Numbered from the stretch's first letter, positions 38,694-52,888 are shown. The stretch: 64,000 nucleotides of DNA from Octopus sinensis (GCF_006345805.1 NC_043000.1:116250001-116314000), one strand, 5' to 3'. Notes: generated by a model from the letters alone, not told the origin. Made by a program: numbers and translations.

Positions 38694-39872
38694 ATCTGTA
38701 GAAATTATAGAAAACGCAGATATCTTCTCGAGAAAGCTTCTTCTACAGATGTACTTTAAGAAAAATACGGTTATATACGTATACCGTAATACGTCCATAT
38801 AAGATGATTTCTCAGAGGGAATATCGTAATTTCCAGGCTTCCCACTGCATGACTGCGTTACCTATAATATGTAGAATGATAATCGATCACTTTAGAATCG
38901 AACACTCACCTTTCAATGAAAGACATAGTATTACTTCAGTATGTTTATGTATTCAACCTCTATCGCAGCTGTTCACTCACTCATTACAGGTTTAACTACA
39001 GGTAAGAATATAGATCTGTATTGCACATAATGTGTTTGCGTATGTTTTAGTAAGGTTGTAAACACCTTCGAAATTGATGCAAGTATTTTATTATTTTTTT
39101 TTGTATCGAAGCTAAGATTTCTTGGTTTTATGATTCTGCGTTTGTTTTTCCTATTTTACAAGGAAAAATACTATTTTTTTCTAAACATTTCAATACTTTT
39201 TTGAGCCTTAAAGAATAAATTTGAATTATAGAAAATAAAAGCGATTTGGTCGATACATTTCGAATTTATTCAAGAGTATTCCTAAAGTTGTATGATAAAG
39301 CACTTATCGAAAAACTGATTCTATAAGTACATGAGTTAAAGATGTCAATTCACACCTTTAAATAGAGGCACACATGTAGCTGCGTGGTAAGAAGTTTGCT
39401 TCTCAAACCACACGGTTCGGGAGTCAACGTGTAACATCACAGGTAAATGTGCTTTGTATTAGCCCAGGGCCTTGTGAGATTTGGTAGACAAAATTTGAAA
39501 GAATGCCGTTTGTATGAGTGTATGTGTGTGTAAGAGAGAGAAAGAGAGAGACAACGTGAGAGAGACAAAGAGAGAGAAAGAGTATGTTTATGTCCTTGAA
39601 TGTGTCCTTCATACCAGATAAAAGACACTTTTGCTTTATTAACGCCCACGTAAAATAGTATTAAGATTTAAAAAGAAAGATTATGATGCTGAATAAAAAC
39701 CCTAGAGCGCGGTGCTCCAGCGTAGCCGCAGTCATATGATTGTAGGAAACATGATTTATACATACATACATTCATTCATACATACATACATACATACATA
39801 AATGCATGCATTTATATATAAATATATATATATATATATTCTTATATTCTACAGTATGTTTCGAATGAAAAC

Positions 39873-39926
<54 letters not shown>

Positions 39927-40147
39927 TATATATATTAAAACAATGAAGGTAGAAATTAATGTCAATCAATTAACATTACTTTAAACCAGTGGTCTACCAT
40001 GGTAAAATAATCCCAAGATTTAAAAATTATATTACGATTAATAAGGGTGTTTTTTTCTTGGGAACATACTCTTTGTAGTAAGGCGATTTGTCGTCTATCC
40101 CTTGCGTTTAGGAATCCACTTTAGCGGTCATTCCTCTTATTAATTGT

Positions 40148-40183
<36 letters not shown>

Positions 40184-40208
40184 ATATATATGTGTCTGTG
40201 TGTCTGTG

Positions 40209-40247
<39 letters not shown>

Positions 40248-41149
40248 CAAGTAGCGGTATCAAAATGGTAGATGAATGTTACTACTTGTTTAACGCCAGG
40301 TGGATTCTCCACCTGCTGGTTTTTGATGCAATGTTGCGATGTTAGTATGCTTACTTCTCCGTAAATTAGCGGTTCAGCAAAAGCTACCGATAGAATAAGT
40401 ACTAGGCTTACAAAAAATAAGTCCCGGGGTCGATTTGATCGACTAAACGCTATGCCCCAGTATGACCGCAGTCCAGTGACTGAAAGAAATAAAATAAAAG
40501 AATATATATATTCTTTTCTTCTTTTACTTGGTTCAGTCATTTGACTGTGGCCATGCTGGAGTACCACATTTAGTCGAACATATAATTATACAAAAGTATG
40601 TATATATTTGCGTATGTGTGCATGTACGTAAACACTAGGACATGAGTAAGAGGATGAAAAAAGCAATAACCCGAAGGTACGTGTGTTTCACAATGTAGGT
40701 GCGTTGGTATGTATAATGCATGAGGGCATCATTATGTAATGACTTGTAGACATTACAAATGCGAATGAATTAATATAATTAATCGGTTATTGATAACGGA
40801 AGCCGAAATGTTAAATGCCATTATTAAATATGTAACATTGAGGTGATATCTTTTAGGAGATTTAAAACTAAGTAGGTTATTTGTTGTCTCAGAATTTTAT
40901 ATTTAATATATTTATATGAAGACGTACGACAGCACTGAGAAATAGCTTATCTATCTTGGTATATAATACAGACACTCATACACGTACTTAGGTATATATA
41001 CGCACACAAATTTACATACATTCAAATATATATTCGTAGATACAGACATACATGCATACATACTTGTGTAACACATTGCCTAAATACCAACTTTGAGAAA
41101 TTAGAAAACTAATTCGAAGGCTACAGAACTGTAAAAATCTGTAAAATAT

Positions 41150-41765
41150 TTTAGATGTACAGGCACCATTTTTCGTCGCCAGTAACGATTCGGTAAAGAA
41201 ATCGTTGCTTGTGTCCATGAGTTGAACGGTGACGAGCAAGCAAACCAGCGGAGATTGTGGCTCAGTGATTTTTGTTGTTGTCACTTAAAGCATGCGGAAC
41301 CCATGCCCCATACTTCTAAAACTTTCCAATCGAGTGAAGATTATTCTCTATAGCAGTGTGGGAGCATTCCATTTTCTCTACCAGTTCCCTTGCCGTTTGC
41401 AACTGGGCGGCCAGAACGAGGTGCGTCTTTGAAGTCAAAATCTCCATTTTTGAACTCGCCATACCAATCACAAGCGGTGCTTTCAGCTATGGCACCCACT
41501 CCATACACAGCACAAATATCGCGAGCAGCTTTTTCAGCCTTAGAACCTTGATTAAAAGCAAAAAGGAGGAGGTGTCGAAAATTCTCGTTTTTCTTACTTG
41601 ACATTCCATTTTAATGATCTGAAAATAAGCAGAAATTAACTAAAATTAACTAGAAAAATAACAAAATATATTCAAAATGATTAAAAAAAATAGATTCCAA
41701 AATTTAAAAACGCAATAAATTCCAAAATTTAAAAAAACAGCGGAAACATAGTTGCCAACGCAATA
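41150..41765 (-). mobile_element. Mariner element 5' part (one TIR, HTH and start of DDD)
   Basis: MSSKKNENFRHLLLFAFNQGSKAEKAARDICAVYG...WYGEFKNGDFDFKDAPRSGRP, WVPHALS, RIVTGDEKWCLY; TIR ...gttgccaacgcaata ends at 41765. Confidence 0.9.
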
Positions 41766-42562
41766 TTTATGGTGCATTAAGAAATAGATTTTTATTTAAA
41801 ATTACTATATATTATGATGAAAAAGATAAATAATTAAGGATATATTTAATTCTTACACTAAATACAATAAAAAAATGTTTTAATCGATAATTCATTCATT
41901 CTGCATTTTACTACCAAATACATCGATGGATAAAGGTAAAATGATTATAAAACATTATCCAATTTTTATAGAATACATAAATACATGAAGTATCACAGTT
42001 TTACTTAGTTTTACAGAAGGAAATGAATTATGTTAATCCAAACTTTTTATTCTATAAATTTATTGGCGTATTCACGTTTGAAAGAATATAATGTTAGTAT
42101 ATCTCTTAAATATTCATAGGTATTACAATAATATTCAAATATGTATAATTATTCAAAAGATATATAATTATATATATAATGATAATATATAATAACTATT
42201 CTCATTTATTCTTACTGATATAATCATTATTCTAAGTAACTAAAAAGTATAAATACGAGTTTACTTAGTTTATCAGAGGAAAAATCTCTGTAAAGGAAAT
42301 AAACAAAAACATAGAGCTACTATAACTATAAACTGTATAATTTCTTAGATAAAGAGAAAATATAGTATAAATAAAAAAAATTATTTGACTAGGTTTTTCA
42401 GAAGGAACCAAATTAGAGCAAGGCCATAGTTATATCATGCTATGAATTATATTATCTATACAAGCTCGAAAGAATATCAGATGATGAGGGTGATTTTATG
42501 AAATAAATATATATACGTATAATTATTTAAAAATATATAATCATATGTATATATATATATTG

Positions 42563-43925
42563 TAGTTTCAGCTCAGAGCTGCGACCATGCTGGGGCACCG
42601 CCGTTTTGCCACATTATTATTATTGAGAGCCTTCTCAGATATGTCGCTGGGGTTCTGTATTTTCTGCGAGACTTTCAGATCGTGTGCGTAACTAGCAAAG
42701 GTGGCTACCCAGGCAGCTGAGAGTTTATCTGAGAAGTCCACTATGAAAAATAGTGGTCCCAAGACAGTGCCCTGAGGAACACCGCTCACTACTTATGTTT
42801 TCTTTGAGGTGGCTCCATTGGCCACAATTGCCTATCTTTCAGAAAGTCATGTAACTATTCTCCTAGTTTTCCAGCTATGCCAAGATCACGCAGTTTCTGA
42901 CATATCATATCACGATCCACTTTATCAAACGCTATTGAAAAGTCAAGGTATATTACGTCTACATTTGAGTTGTTGAGCATCTGCCTCAATACCCAGTTAT
43001 AGTGCTGTATGAGCTGGGTCAGGCAGCTCCTACCTGGTCGAAATCCATGCTATGTATCACTCAACAAGTTGTTTGCTTCAATGAATGCGATTAGTTTCCT
43101 TCTGACTATCCGTTCCATGACGTAGCTGATGTGTGAAGTCAGAGAAATAGGCCTACAATCGTGCTTCCTCCTTTCTCAGCTGTTGCCTTGAGTATAATAT
43201 CTGAAGAGCACACTGAATTTGAATGCTTTATCTTTGGAGGCAATTGATGTCTTTCTTCAGGGAAGTATTTCTCTTTAAGGCCCTTGTAGTTTTGGCAGGA
43301 TCTCAGGTGAAGGAACTGGCAGTTTGTTCCATATTCCCAATGCCAACATTTACTTTGCAGGTAAAATTTGCAGGTCCTTGAGTTCTCTCCAAATTTCTTC
43401 TCTCCTCTAGGGTTTCAGATTCGACTGGAGCCTCCATATTTGAGTTTTTTTGCTTTTTGCTTGGTGGGTTAGGATTTCAGTTTTAGTTATTTCATTTTTT
43501 CCTTTCGCTTTTTCTCCATTTCCTTCTTTATATTTGTGCTCATGTTCTTTGCTTCCTTTTCTGGTTGTACCACTTGCATTCCTCTGGTTGTCCAGTCGGG
43601 TGAGGACTCCGTCCATTTGTAGGACCACTGGCACGGAGGGACTTCTGGTGTTTGCTTTGTTTTTCCTATTCTTATCAGCCGTGCCAGAGTAGTTTTCCAT
43701 GATGGCATCAAGAATGTCAATGTGTGGTCTTATAGGATCGGATGAATTCATTTTCGTCCCACTGTATCTTCTCACTTGTTCTACAGAAGCATTGTTCTTC
43801 AGTGCAGCAGTGTTGATGTTGATTGGGGGATCACCGCTAGCAATCGCCCATGCTCGCAACAGAACATTCAACTCTTTGCTCCCCCCACATTGGTACCATC
43901 TCCGTTTTCTAAGCCCAAAGGGCAT
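42563..43925 (-). mobile_element. Multiply deleted CR1-group LINE: ORF1 relic with CCCH finger, RT fragment and 3' tail
   Basis: RT reads RPISLTSH...HGFRPGRSCLTQL...VDVIYLDFSIAFDKVD...SGVPQGTVLGPLFF...YAHDLK. Upstream CKFYLQSKCWHWEYGTNCQFLHLRSC. The tail matches 17271-17307. Confidence 0.88.
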
Positions 43926-44199
43926 ATATAATATTTTTTCTAATTTATCTATTGGTATTTATATAAACATTATTCATAGTACAAAATAATAAATTACTTA
44001 TTTTATCAGGGAAGAAAATATCACTGTAAATCAAAGTTTATATATTAATAAATTAATATATTTATAAATTAATGAATTACAGAAAAATAGCTGGAAATTC
44101 ATACAAGCACTTGAAAAGTTTTGATCATGATATGACATTATATAAAATTGTTCCTTTATTATTATTATATTATTATTATATTATTATTATTATTATTAA

Positions 44200-44233
<34 letters not shown>

Positions 44234-45450
44234 ATTATTATTATTTTATTATTATTATTATTATTAAGTAATTAATTAATTCAATTTATATATTCAGAAG
44301 TGTATAATCATTTAATATAATGCAGATAAAACTTACATAACACTTATAATTTTAATTTAACTACGAATATAGTAATATATTTTGCACTCAAGACAAATAA
44401 TTTCATTGGTACTTAATACGAAATACTATAAATTAATAGCACTCAAAATTGTTTTTCAGATATCCACATTAATATACTACTTTAAAATTACAAACTTTTA
44501 GACACAATAAAAGAAATTTACAAACGATTCAGTGTAAAAACAAAATATTTTTTGCCTCAAGCAATAAAAATTCAGTTTGTATAAAAAAAAACCTTATAAC
44601 TTATTTATTATAAAAACAAATAATTTGGCAATTACGTTGAACAATGCTGTTACATTATACATTTAGGGAGATTTATTGATATATTCTTTATTTTGTTTAT
44701 CCATTATGTAATAGCCATGATATATATATATATATACACACACACATACATATATATATATACATACATATACGCATATATATATATATACGCATATATA
44801 TACATATGTAAATACACATACGTACGCATACAAACATAGACACATATACATACACCTATACATACATAAAAATTACACACACACATATACACATACATAC
44901 ATATACAAATGTAAGCATACAGATACAATACACCTGCACTTATATTTACATAAATGCAAGTATTTATACACATATATACATAAATAGATATATAGATATA
45001 TATATATATCAACATACACACTCCGGTGGGAGTTGAGACGGTCCAGGAGGGTGCTGGTGCCTAAGGTTGGCGTCATTAGAAAAAAGGAAGCGTTGGGAGG
45101 AAAGCAGTGGATTGGGGGACGTTATGAATTTATTATATTATTATAGTATTGTATACAAATTATATAATATTAAATTAAATATCAAATGATTCATAGTATA
45201 CATAAGTAAAATATAAAATTTATATTTATGCATAAAAATAGGGGTAGTGGTGCTCAAGGTATTATGCGGCCATGAGGGTGGCGGTGCCCCCCCCAAAAAA
45301 AAATATTTGGGGTCCTTTGTCTAATATGTTGAGAGAGTATTTCGTTGACTCATTTGTATTGTCACTGCATTGCTCTATGTCCTAAATTTAATGGCACATT
45401 TGCTCTAGTTCGCATCCTGCAGGTATTATAATGATTTAAACACTATATGT

Positions 45451-45636
45451 TTCTTTACTACCCACAAGGGGCTAAACAAGGACAGACAAACGGATTAAGT
45501 CGATTATATCGACACCAGTGCGTAACTGGTACTTAATTTATTGACCTCGAAAGGATAAAAGGCAAAGTCGACCTCGGCGTAATTTGAACTCACAACGTAA
45601 CGGCAGACGAAATACGGCTACGCATTTCGCCCGGCG
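45451..45636 (-). mobile_element. SINE family A, 5'-truncated, with 18-bp TSD
   Basis: gatttaaacactatatgt (45433-45450) and gatttaaatactatatgt (45637-45654). Confidence 0.9.
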
Positions 45637-46198
45637 GATTTAAATACTATATGTAGATGTAGTAGTAGTAGTACAGTTTGTTAGCTTCGCGTCCCAGGTT
45701 CAATTCCACATGATGGAAAAGTTAGCCACAACAGTCCAGGGGGCGAACTAGCGAGAGTTCTAAATAGCGTCTCTTTAAATATGATAGAACAGAATCAGAG
45801 CGTACGCTGTACAGCTCCATAGACTTGTGATAGTGGAATGCGATAGGAAACATTGCGATAGGGAAGGCGTCAGCACTTCCTTTGAATCTTTCTATTAAGC
45901 ACGGCGTTAAAAGCTAGTAAAATACTCCGCTGATCTTATCGGCGTCAGATGTCACGTATCAGTCTCATTACACGTTTGCCGATAATTTCCTGAATAAAAT
46001 GAGCGTGGTTTTAATTGTTCGTTATTTATTTATTTATTATCTTAATGTGAATTTAATTTAGAATAATCGAATCCCCTGGTTAACTATCATTATTAATAAA
46101 TCTTTAATCTAATTAAGCCTGGCATTTATACGGACGCATGTTCCCCGCAAACATACATTTTTCAATGCACACGCACACAGACACACACGCACACACGC

Positions 46199-46231
<33 letters not shown>

Positions 46232-46756
46232 AAGACTTTCACATACAAGCCCAGACACATATGCACTCACATGCACTCATGCACTCACATACATACAAAA
46301 ACACAGGCGAAAATCACGCAATGATGTTGCAACAATTTATTGAAATTTAACTAACCGTAAAAGTTATTTAAAACAACAGAATTTGGATCGCTTTTCGCAT
46401 TAAATGAATACCAAAACTGACATGAAAATTAAAATATATTTTAAGAAAATAAGACCTATAACAATACAAACACTGCTAACAATATAAAACCAAAACAACA
46501 TAAGCAATTATTTGTAATATAGGCACGAGCTGCAATAGTTGGTGATAGAAACAATTCATTATATCAACTATCCAGCTCTTGGTTAGTACTTAATTTTTGG
46601 TTCGGGGAGAGATAAAAGCAAAGACGGCGCCGATGCTATTTGAACTGAGAACGTAAAGAGCAGGGACAGATATAATACAAAGCATTGTGGGCGACGAATT
46701 AAAGATTGTGATAATACATACTATTTTACATTATTAATATTAATGGCGGTCGTAAA

Positions 46757-47880
46757 GGCGTCGGGCTAGCAGAATCGTACGAACGCCGAGCAGAATGCTT
46801 GGTTATATTTCATCTGCCTTTACGTTGAGTTCAAATTCCACCGAGGTCGACTTTACATTTTATCATTTCGGTGTCGATAAATTAAGTACCAGTTGCGTAC
46901 TGGGTCAATGTAATCGACAAGCCCGCACCACCAAAATTCCGGGCCTTGTGCCTAGAGTAGAAAAGAATATTTATATATTTTTCTTTTTAAGGCGGCGAGC
47001 TGGCAGAATCGTTAGAACGGCGAGCGATATGCTTAGCCGTATTTCGTCTGCCACTACGTTCTGAGTTCAAATTCCGCTGAGGTCGACTTTGCCCTTCATC
47101 CTTTCGGGGTCGATTAAATAAGTACCAGTTACGCACTGGGTCGATATAATCGACTTAATCCGATTGCCTGTCCTTGTTTGTCCTCGCTGTGTTTAGCCCC
47201 TTCTGGGTAGTAAAAAATAGGTATTGCGTCTGTCTTTACGTTCTGAGTTCAAATTCTGCCGAGGTCGGCTTTGCCTTTCTTCCTTTCAGTGTCTATAAAT
47301 TAAATACCAGTTGCGTACTGGGGGCCATTTAATCGACATGCACCCTCTTCCGAAATTTTGGGTCTTGCGCCTAGAGTAGAAAAGAATATTGATGGCAGTC
47401 GTAAAGGCGTCGAGATAGCAGAATCGTAAGAACGATGGGCAGAATGCTTGCTTATATTTCGTCCATTTTTACGTTCTGAGTGCAAATTCTGCCGAGATCC
47501 ACTTTGCTTTTCCTCCTTTCAGGGTCGATAAAATAAGAACAATTTGGCCACTGGGGACGATGTAATCGACCTACTCATCCCTCCCCCACCCCCCAAAAAA
47601 ATTTGCAGGCATTCTGTTAAAATATAAAATCAATTCTATTATCACCATGATCATGATCATCATCATCATCATCATTTCCAGCAGAATCCTTATTCGTCAG
47701 CACACCCGCCAAAACGCTTGCAGCTATCATCCCTCTTTATGTTCTGAGTACAAATTCCGTTGAGGTTGACTTTGCCTTGTTTCCTTTCGGGGTCGATAAA
47801 ATAAGTACCTGTTGAACACTGGGGTCACTGTAATCGACTGCTACCTACCCCAAATTTCAGGCCTTATGCCTCCAGTAGAA
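46757..47880 (+). mobile_element. Cluster of ~5 SINE family A units
   Basis: Repeated gagttcaaattc.gccgaggtcgactttgcc cores with both tail types. Confidence 0.88.
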
Positions 47881-47906
47881 AGGTTGTTTATTATTATTAT
47901 TACTAC

Positions 47907-47945
<39 letters not shown>

Positions 47946-48494
47946 CATTTTTCAGTGAGTAGCACACCCCACCAGAGTGAAGCTTGGGTACAAATATATG
48001 AAATATATGAAACACAATACACCCGTCATAACTACCTGTCAAAATCTTATCTGACCTCATATTCAGATAAACAGCACATAACCTAGAAGGTAGGCCCAGT
48101 TAGAATTATCTTTTCTTTTTACCTTTTTATGCTATGCATATACCGTGTATACTTTATTTATCCTTTCAGTATTATATGTAAATCTACACATTTTATTTCA
48201 GTCTCTGTATTGTTCCCCTCATCCTTCGCCCTTGTGGCAGATAAGTGAAATCATTATTACTATTTTCAAGTTGGCGAGCTGGCAGAATCGTTAGCATGCC
48301 GGGTGGAATACTGGGCGGCATTTCTTCCGTCTTTACCGTCTGAGTTCAAATTCTACCGAGGTCAACTTTACCTTTTATATTTTCGGGGTCGATAAATTTA
48401 GTATCAGTGTAACACTCTGGTCGATGTAGTCGGCTTGTCCACTCCCTCAAAATGTGAGGCATCGTGCCCCTATAGGAAAGAATTTTCATTATTA

Positions 48495-48780
48495 TTAGCA
48501 TACTCTTCCAATTCTTGGGCTTCGTTTGCCCACCAAAAATGTTTCATCTCATGCAGTTTTTTCTGTGTAGTTTTCGAGATGTGTATAGGGATCTGAGTGG
48601 TGATGAGTTTTTGTCTGAGATACATGCCCTGTGTCTCTTGTGCGTAGTTTCTAGGAGAGATTTAATTAGAAAATCATTCTCATCAAACCAATCTTGGTGT
48701 AAGCGTTTGACGAACCCTAGAGCTCCTTTACAAGAGGATTTGATACTGTCATGAATATTAAGGGGACCAAAAGTGTGTGT
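48495..48780 (-). pseudogene. RTE-clade (BovB-like) LINE ORF fragment
   Basis: ALGFVKRLHQDWFDENDFLIKSLL...WANEAQELEEYAN matches the RTE inter-domain pattern LG..KRKHQDWFDEND.EI..LL...WW..KA.ELQ.YAD. Confidence 0.85.
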
Positions 48781-50498
48781 GATAATCACAGGGGAATAAG
48801 GTTGCTGTGCATAGCTGAAAAAATCATCCTTTCGGGGTCGATTAAATAAGTACCAGTTACGCACTGGGGTCGATGTAATCAACTTAATACTCTCCCCCAA
48901 GCTGCCCTTGTGGCAAAAAATTTAAATCATTATTACTACTATGAGAAGCATCAGTAGTGATAAGATTCATAATGGTTGTGGTGATGGTGGTAGCAGTATT
49001 ACCACCAGCAGCAGTAACAGTAGTAGTAGTAGTAGTAGTAGTAGTCGGATAACTTTTAAATATCACACCTTGAAGGGAAGAAATAGAAATTTTTTGAACT
49101 ATTTCGCCAACAGATTGTTTGGAGCCTACCCTTACAGAATTTGAACATCGAAAAAAAAATATATTTGTTATTTTTTAGACAAATTTTATTACTTCACCAT
49201 ATTGTCTACCCGCAGACAAATGGCTTAGAAAATTCCAAGTGACGCCCGATAAAGAAAAACGGCTATGAATAAATTCTCACAGTCCACACACACACACAAA
49301 AATAAAACCGAAAAGAAATTTTATTGCTGAGTGAAATAGTTAATGTTGAGCAGCAACAAAAAGAAAACAATATTTTAAGAGCCAAAAAGTGTTTGTGTGA
49401 ATACATCGAGCAGAAATCTGTCAAAGACAACAACAACAACGACAACATCAACACTGATACGTACACAATTTCTTTGCAATACGCAAACATTTCCAATATT
49501 TCTGCATGGCAACGCACCTTTGCCCGAACAATAAATATTATAGAATATTATAACATGAATCATTTCTCGGTGAAAGGACCAATGTGAGGGAGACAGTTAT
49601 AAAAAGAACAGTGTCCCGCTGTTCGACATTTATTCGAAAGAGCAACTAAAAAAATTCAACTTGGTGTACCTCGGGACGGTCATTATACTATACCAATATA
49701 CAACACACGCACTGACTTTTTTCACTTCTATACATTTATTTGTGAATAGGCTAACCGTTTACTAAATCAATTTTCCTATCGATCACACGTTCACTCAATT
49801 GAGTTGATTGATTTACTGAAAAATTCCTCAACGACTGATTTGCTAAATGGCTAACCAATTGTTAAATAAAAATAAGGTGAAATAAAACCAATGCATTTCT
49901 TTTATTATTGTTCTGAAGGTCCTCTAAATATATTTCAGCACATGATTTCGGATCGAAACTCTTGTAAACCAAATGTAAACACGAAATGTTATGTTGCTTT
50001 CTTCTCAGAAAGCAGATGTGGTTTGCAAACGCCATTGAAAACGCACTGTAATATAAGTGGGCCAAAGTAATCTCTCTTAAAAGAGGGGTAGAAAATAGAG
50101 GACTTTCTTCTTGCGTTTTAAACGAAGATGGCACCGATCGAGAACGTGGAAAACACAAATCGAAACTAATAAATCATTCGCTTCTACCATAATGACTGGT
50201 TTGACGTAGGGTAAAAGACGTATCTGCTGTATTCTGGATACAATGGGCATGTGTAGGGCTTTTGCTGAGAGGTTTGGGAGAACATGATATCAAAAGGAAA
50301 ACAATATAGTGGAGAAAAGCAAGAGAAACAGGAACTTGAGCAGCAGATCACGCTCTCTTGAAAACCAGGTGTCACAACTCTGGAGATGACGGAGGACCTT
50401 AATTTCTGTTCTCTCTTCCCCTTTCTCTTTCTCTCTCTCTTGCCCTCTGTCGACTCTTTTGCAAGTGAGCGATCAGGCGCTCAGACACGCTTTTATAA

Positions 50499-51100
50499 CC
50501 TATTTCTTTACTACCCACAAGGGGCTAAACACAGAGAAGACAAACAAGGACAGACAAACGGATTAAGTCGATTATATCGAGCCCAGTGCGTAACTGGTAC
50601 TTATTTAAACGACCCCGAAAGGATGAAAGCCAAAGTCGACCTCGGCGGAATTTGAACTCAGAACGTGACGGTAGACGAAATACCTATTTCTTTTACTACC
50701 CACAAGCAGCTAAACACAGAGGGGACAAACAAGGACAGACAAAGGTATTAAGTCAATTATATCCACCCCAGTGCGTAACTGGTACTTATTTAATTGACCC
50801 CGAAGGGATGAAAGGCAAGGTTGACCTCGGCGGAATTTGAACTCAGAACGTAACGGCAGACGAAATACCTATTTCTTTATTACCCACAAGGGACTAAACA
50901 CAGAGGAGACAAACAAAGACAGACAAAGGTATTAAGTCCATTACATGGACCCCAGTGCGTAACTAGTACTTAATTTACCGACCCCGAAACGATGAAAGGC
51001 AAAGTCGTCCTCGGCGGAATTTGAATTCAGAACGTAACGGTAGACGAAATACCGCTAAGCATTTCGCCCGGCACACTAACGTTTCTTCTAGTTCGCCACC
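50499..51100 (-). mobile_element. Head-to-tail trimer of SINE family A (~184-bp period)
   Basis: Units 50499-50682, 50683-50867 and 50868-51100, joined by gacgaaatacctatttcttt. Confidence 0.92.
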
Positions 51101-51557
51101 TTTAACCAGTAGTGAAATCCCATCGTCTTGTGAGTTGGGGCAGGAAATTGAACCTGAATTTCCAAAGGAAGAGAAAACCACAAGGCAAAAACATAAATTT
51201 CTGGGAGAAGTCAATGAAAATATTTGGTGCTTCTTTGAAAGACGCAAGCACCAATGTTTTTTAATAAAATCCAGATTTTCTCTGGAAACGTAAATACTGC
51301 TAGCACCAGTTGCTTGTTACAATTTCAAGTCGATAGTCGATGAAAATAGTGTGCGGTGGTGCAAGCTATGTGTGATGTGTACGTGTATGTGTGCGCGCGC
51401 GCTTATGTGTGTACACACGCAAACACACACATGCACGGATATGCTACTCTGTTGTAAAGGCAGAGAGGGATAAGTATCTGTCTGCGTACGTACCTCACTG
51501 TCTGTCTATTTTCCCTCTCTCTATCTATCTTTATCGATAATCTATCTAGCTATCTCT

Positions 51558-51611
<54 letters not shown>

Positions 51612-51636
51612 GTCTATATATATATCTATCTATCTG

Positions 51637-51748
<112 letters not shown>

Positions 51749-52364
51749 TAAGAAAGAGAGAGAAAGAAAGATGGGGGAATGAGAAAAAAGAAAGAGAGTG
51801 AGAGAGAAAGACCTACCTGAAAGAGAGCTAGCTACAAGGAATATAGTGGTACTGAATATAATTTTCTTTAATATTGCTGAAAGAAAATACATCAATGGAC
51901 CAATTCGTATATTAGATACAAATGTAGTAGATCATTAAATGCAATCAGAGTGGACACTTAAACGCAAATACAGGAATTAGACGCAAATACAAAACGTCAG
52001 AAGTTTATCAAAAATGTTTAAAGGGATTCGTTAGTTTATTGCGTTTTGAGAAACGATGCTTGCTGAATGCGTTATGCATTCTTAAAAGTTGGCGCAGAAT
52101 AGCTGTATGATTAACAAGTTTCCTTCCCGAGCACGAGTTCGAAATTTCGATTCCTCCGTGGCACCTTGTGCAAATGTCATAATGTCATTTCTTATAGGTT
52201 CAGTCAGCCCATAGTTTGTAAGGGAAATTGGGCAGCTTGAATCCGTAAAGAAACCCATCGTAAGATCTGTTTCACTGAATGAACGCTATAGCTTTGTGAC
52301 ACACTGTGTTACACAGATATTTATTGAGAAATGGTTATAGGGTACACGTTTCTGCAGAATATTC

Positions 52365-52766
52365 AGCCACGTATGTGCTAATCCAACGAAAAGAGATTTG
52401 GAATCGGAGATCTGAATCCTCATCATTAGATGGTGGAGGAGTACCAATCCATTCTCAGTATATGAACTGGCATTCCGTTGGGTATGATGAGAGGCTTCGA
52501 TCAAAAGAACCTGTTTCTGAAATTAAAGTGTAAGTGACTGAGTACTCTACAAACACGTACCCTTAATGTAGTCTACCAGGAGATACAGAGTGTGACAAGG
52601 CTGGCCCTTTGAAATACAGGTGCAACTCATTTTTGCCAGCGGAGTGGACTGCAGCAACGTGAGATAAAGTGTTTTGCTCAAGGAGACAATGTACGGCTGG
52701 GAATTGAACTCACAATCTTACGATTGAAAGCCGAATACTCCTAGCTACCAAGCCACTCGCCTTCAC
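52365..52766 (-). mobile_element. tRNA-derived SINE family E
   Basis: Minus-strand head gtggcttggtagctagag...gagttcaattcc followed by tccttgagcaaaacacttt...ccactccgctggcaaaaatgagt. Confidence 0.65.
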
Positions 52767-52812
52767 TCTCACTATAATTACGGCTGTTTTAAGAAAATTA
52801 TTTAAAACAAGC

Positions 52813-52888
52813 GTCTTCTACTATAGCTTCGGGCCGACCAAAACCTTGTGAGCAGATTTGGTAGACGGAAACTGAAAGAAGCCCGTCA

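Noticed and set aside
39845-39867. Minus-strand GAAAC-atact-GTA-gaata half hammerhead
   Set aside because: The 5' half is replaced by (TA)n; noted as a fragment only and not called as a feature.
43407-43925. 172-aa ORF as a host gene
   Set aside because: It is colinear with a decayed LINE RT and tail, has frame disruptions and shows no splice evidence; treated as a LINE ORF1 relic.
50499-51100. Regularly spaced repeats resembling a CRISPR array
   Set aside because: Units are whole ~184-bp SINE copies with no unique spacers and no cas genes, in a eukaryotic context.
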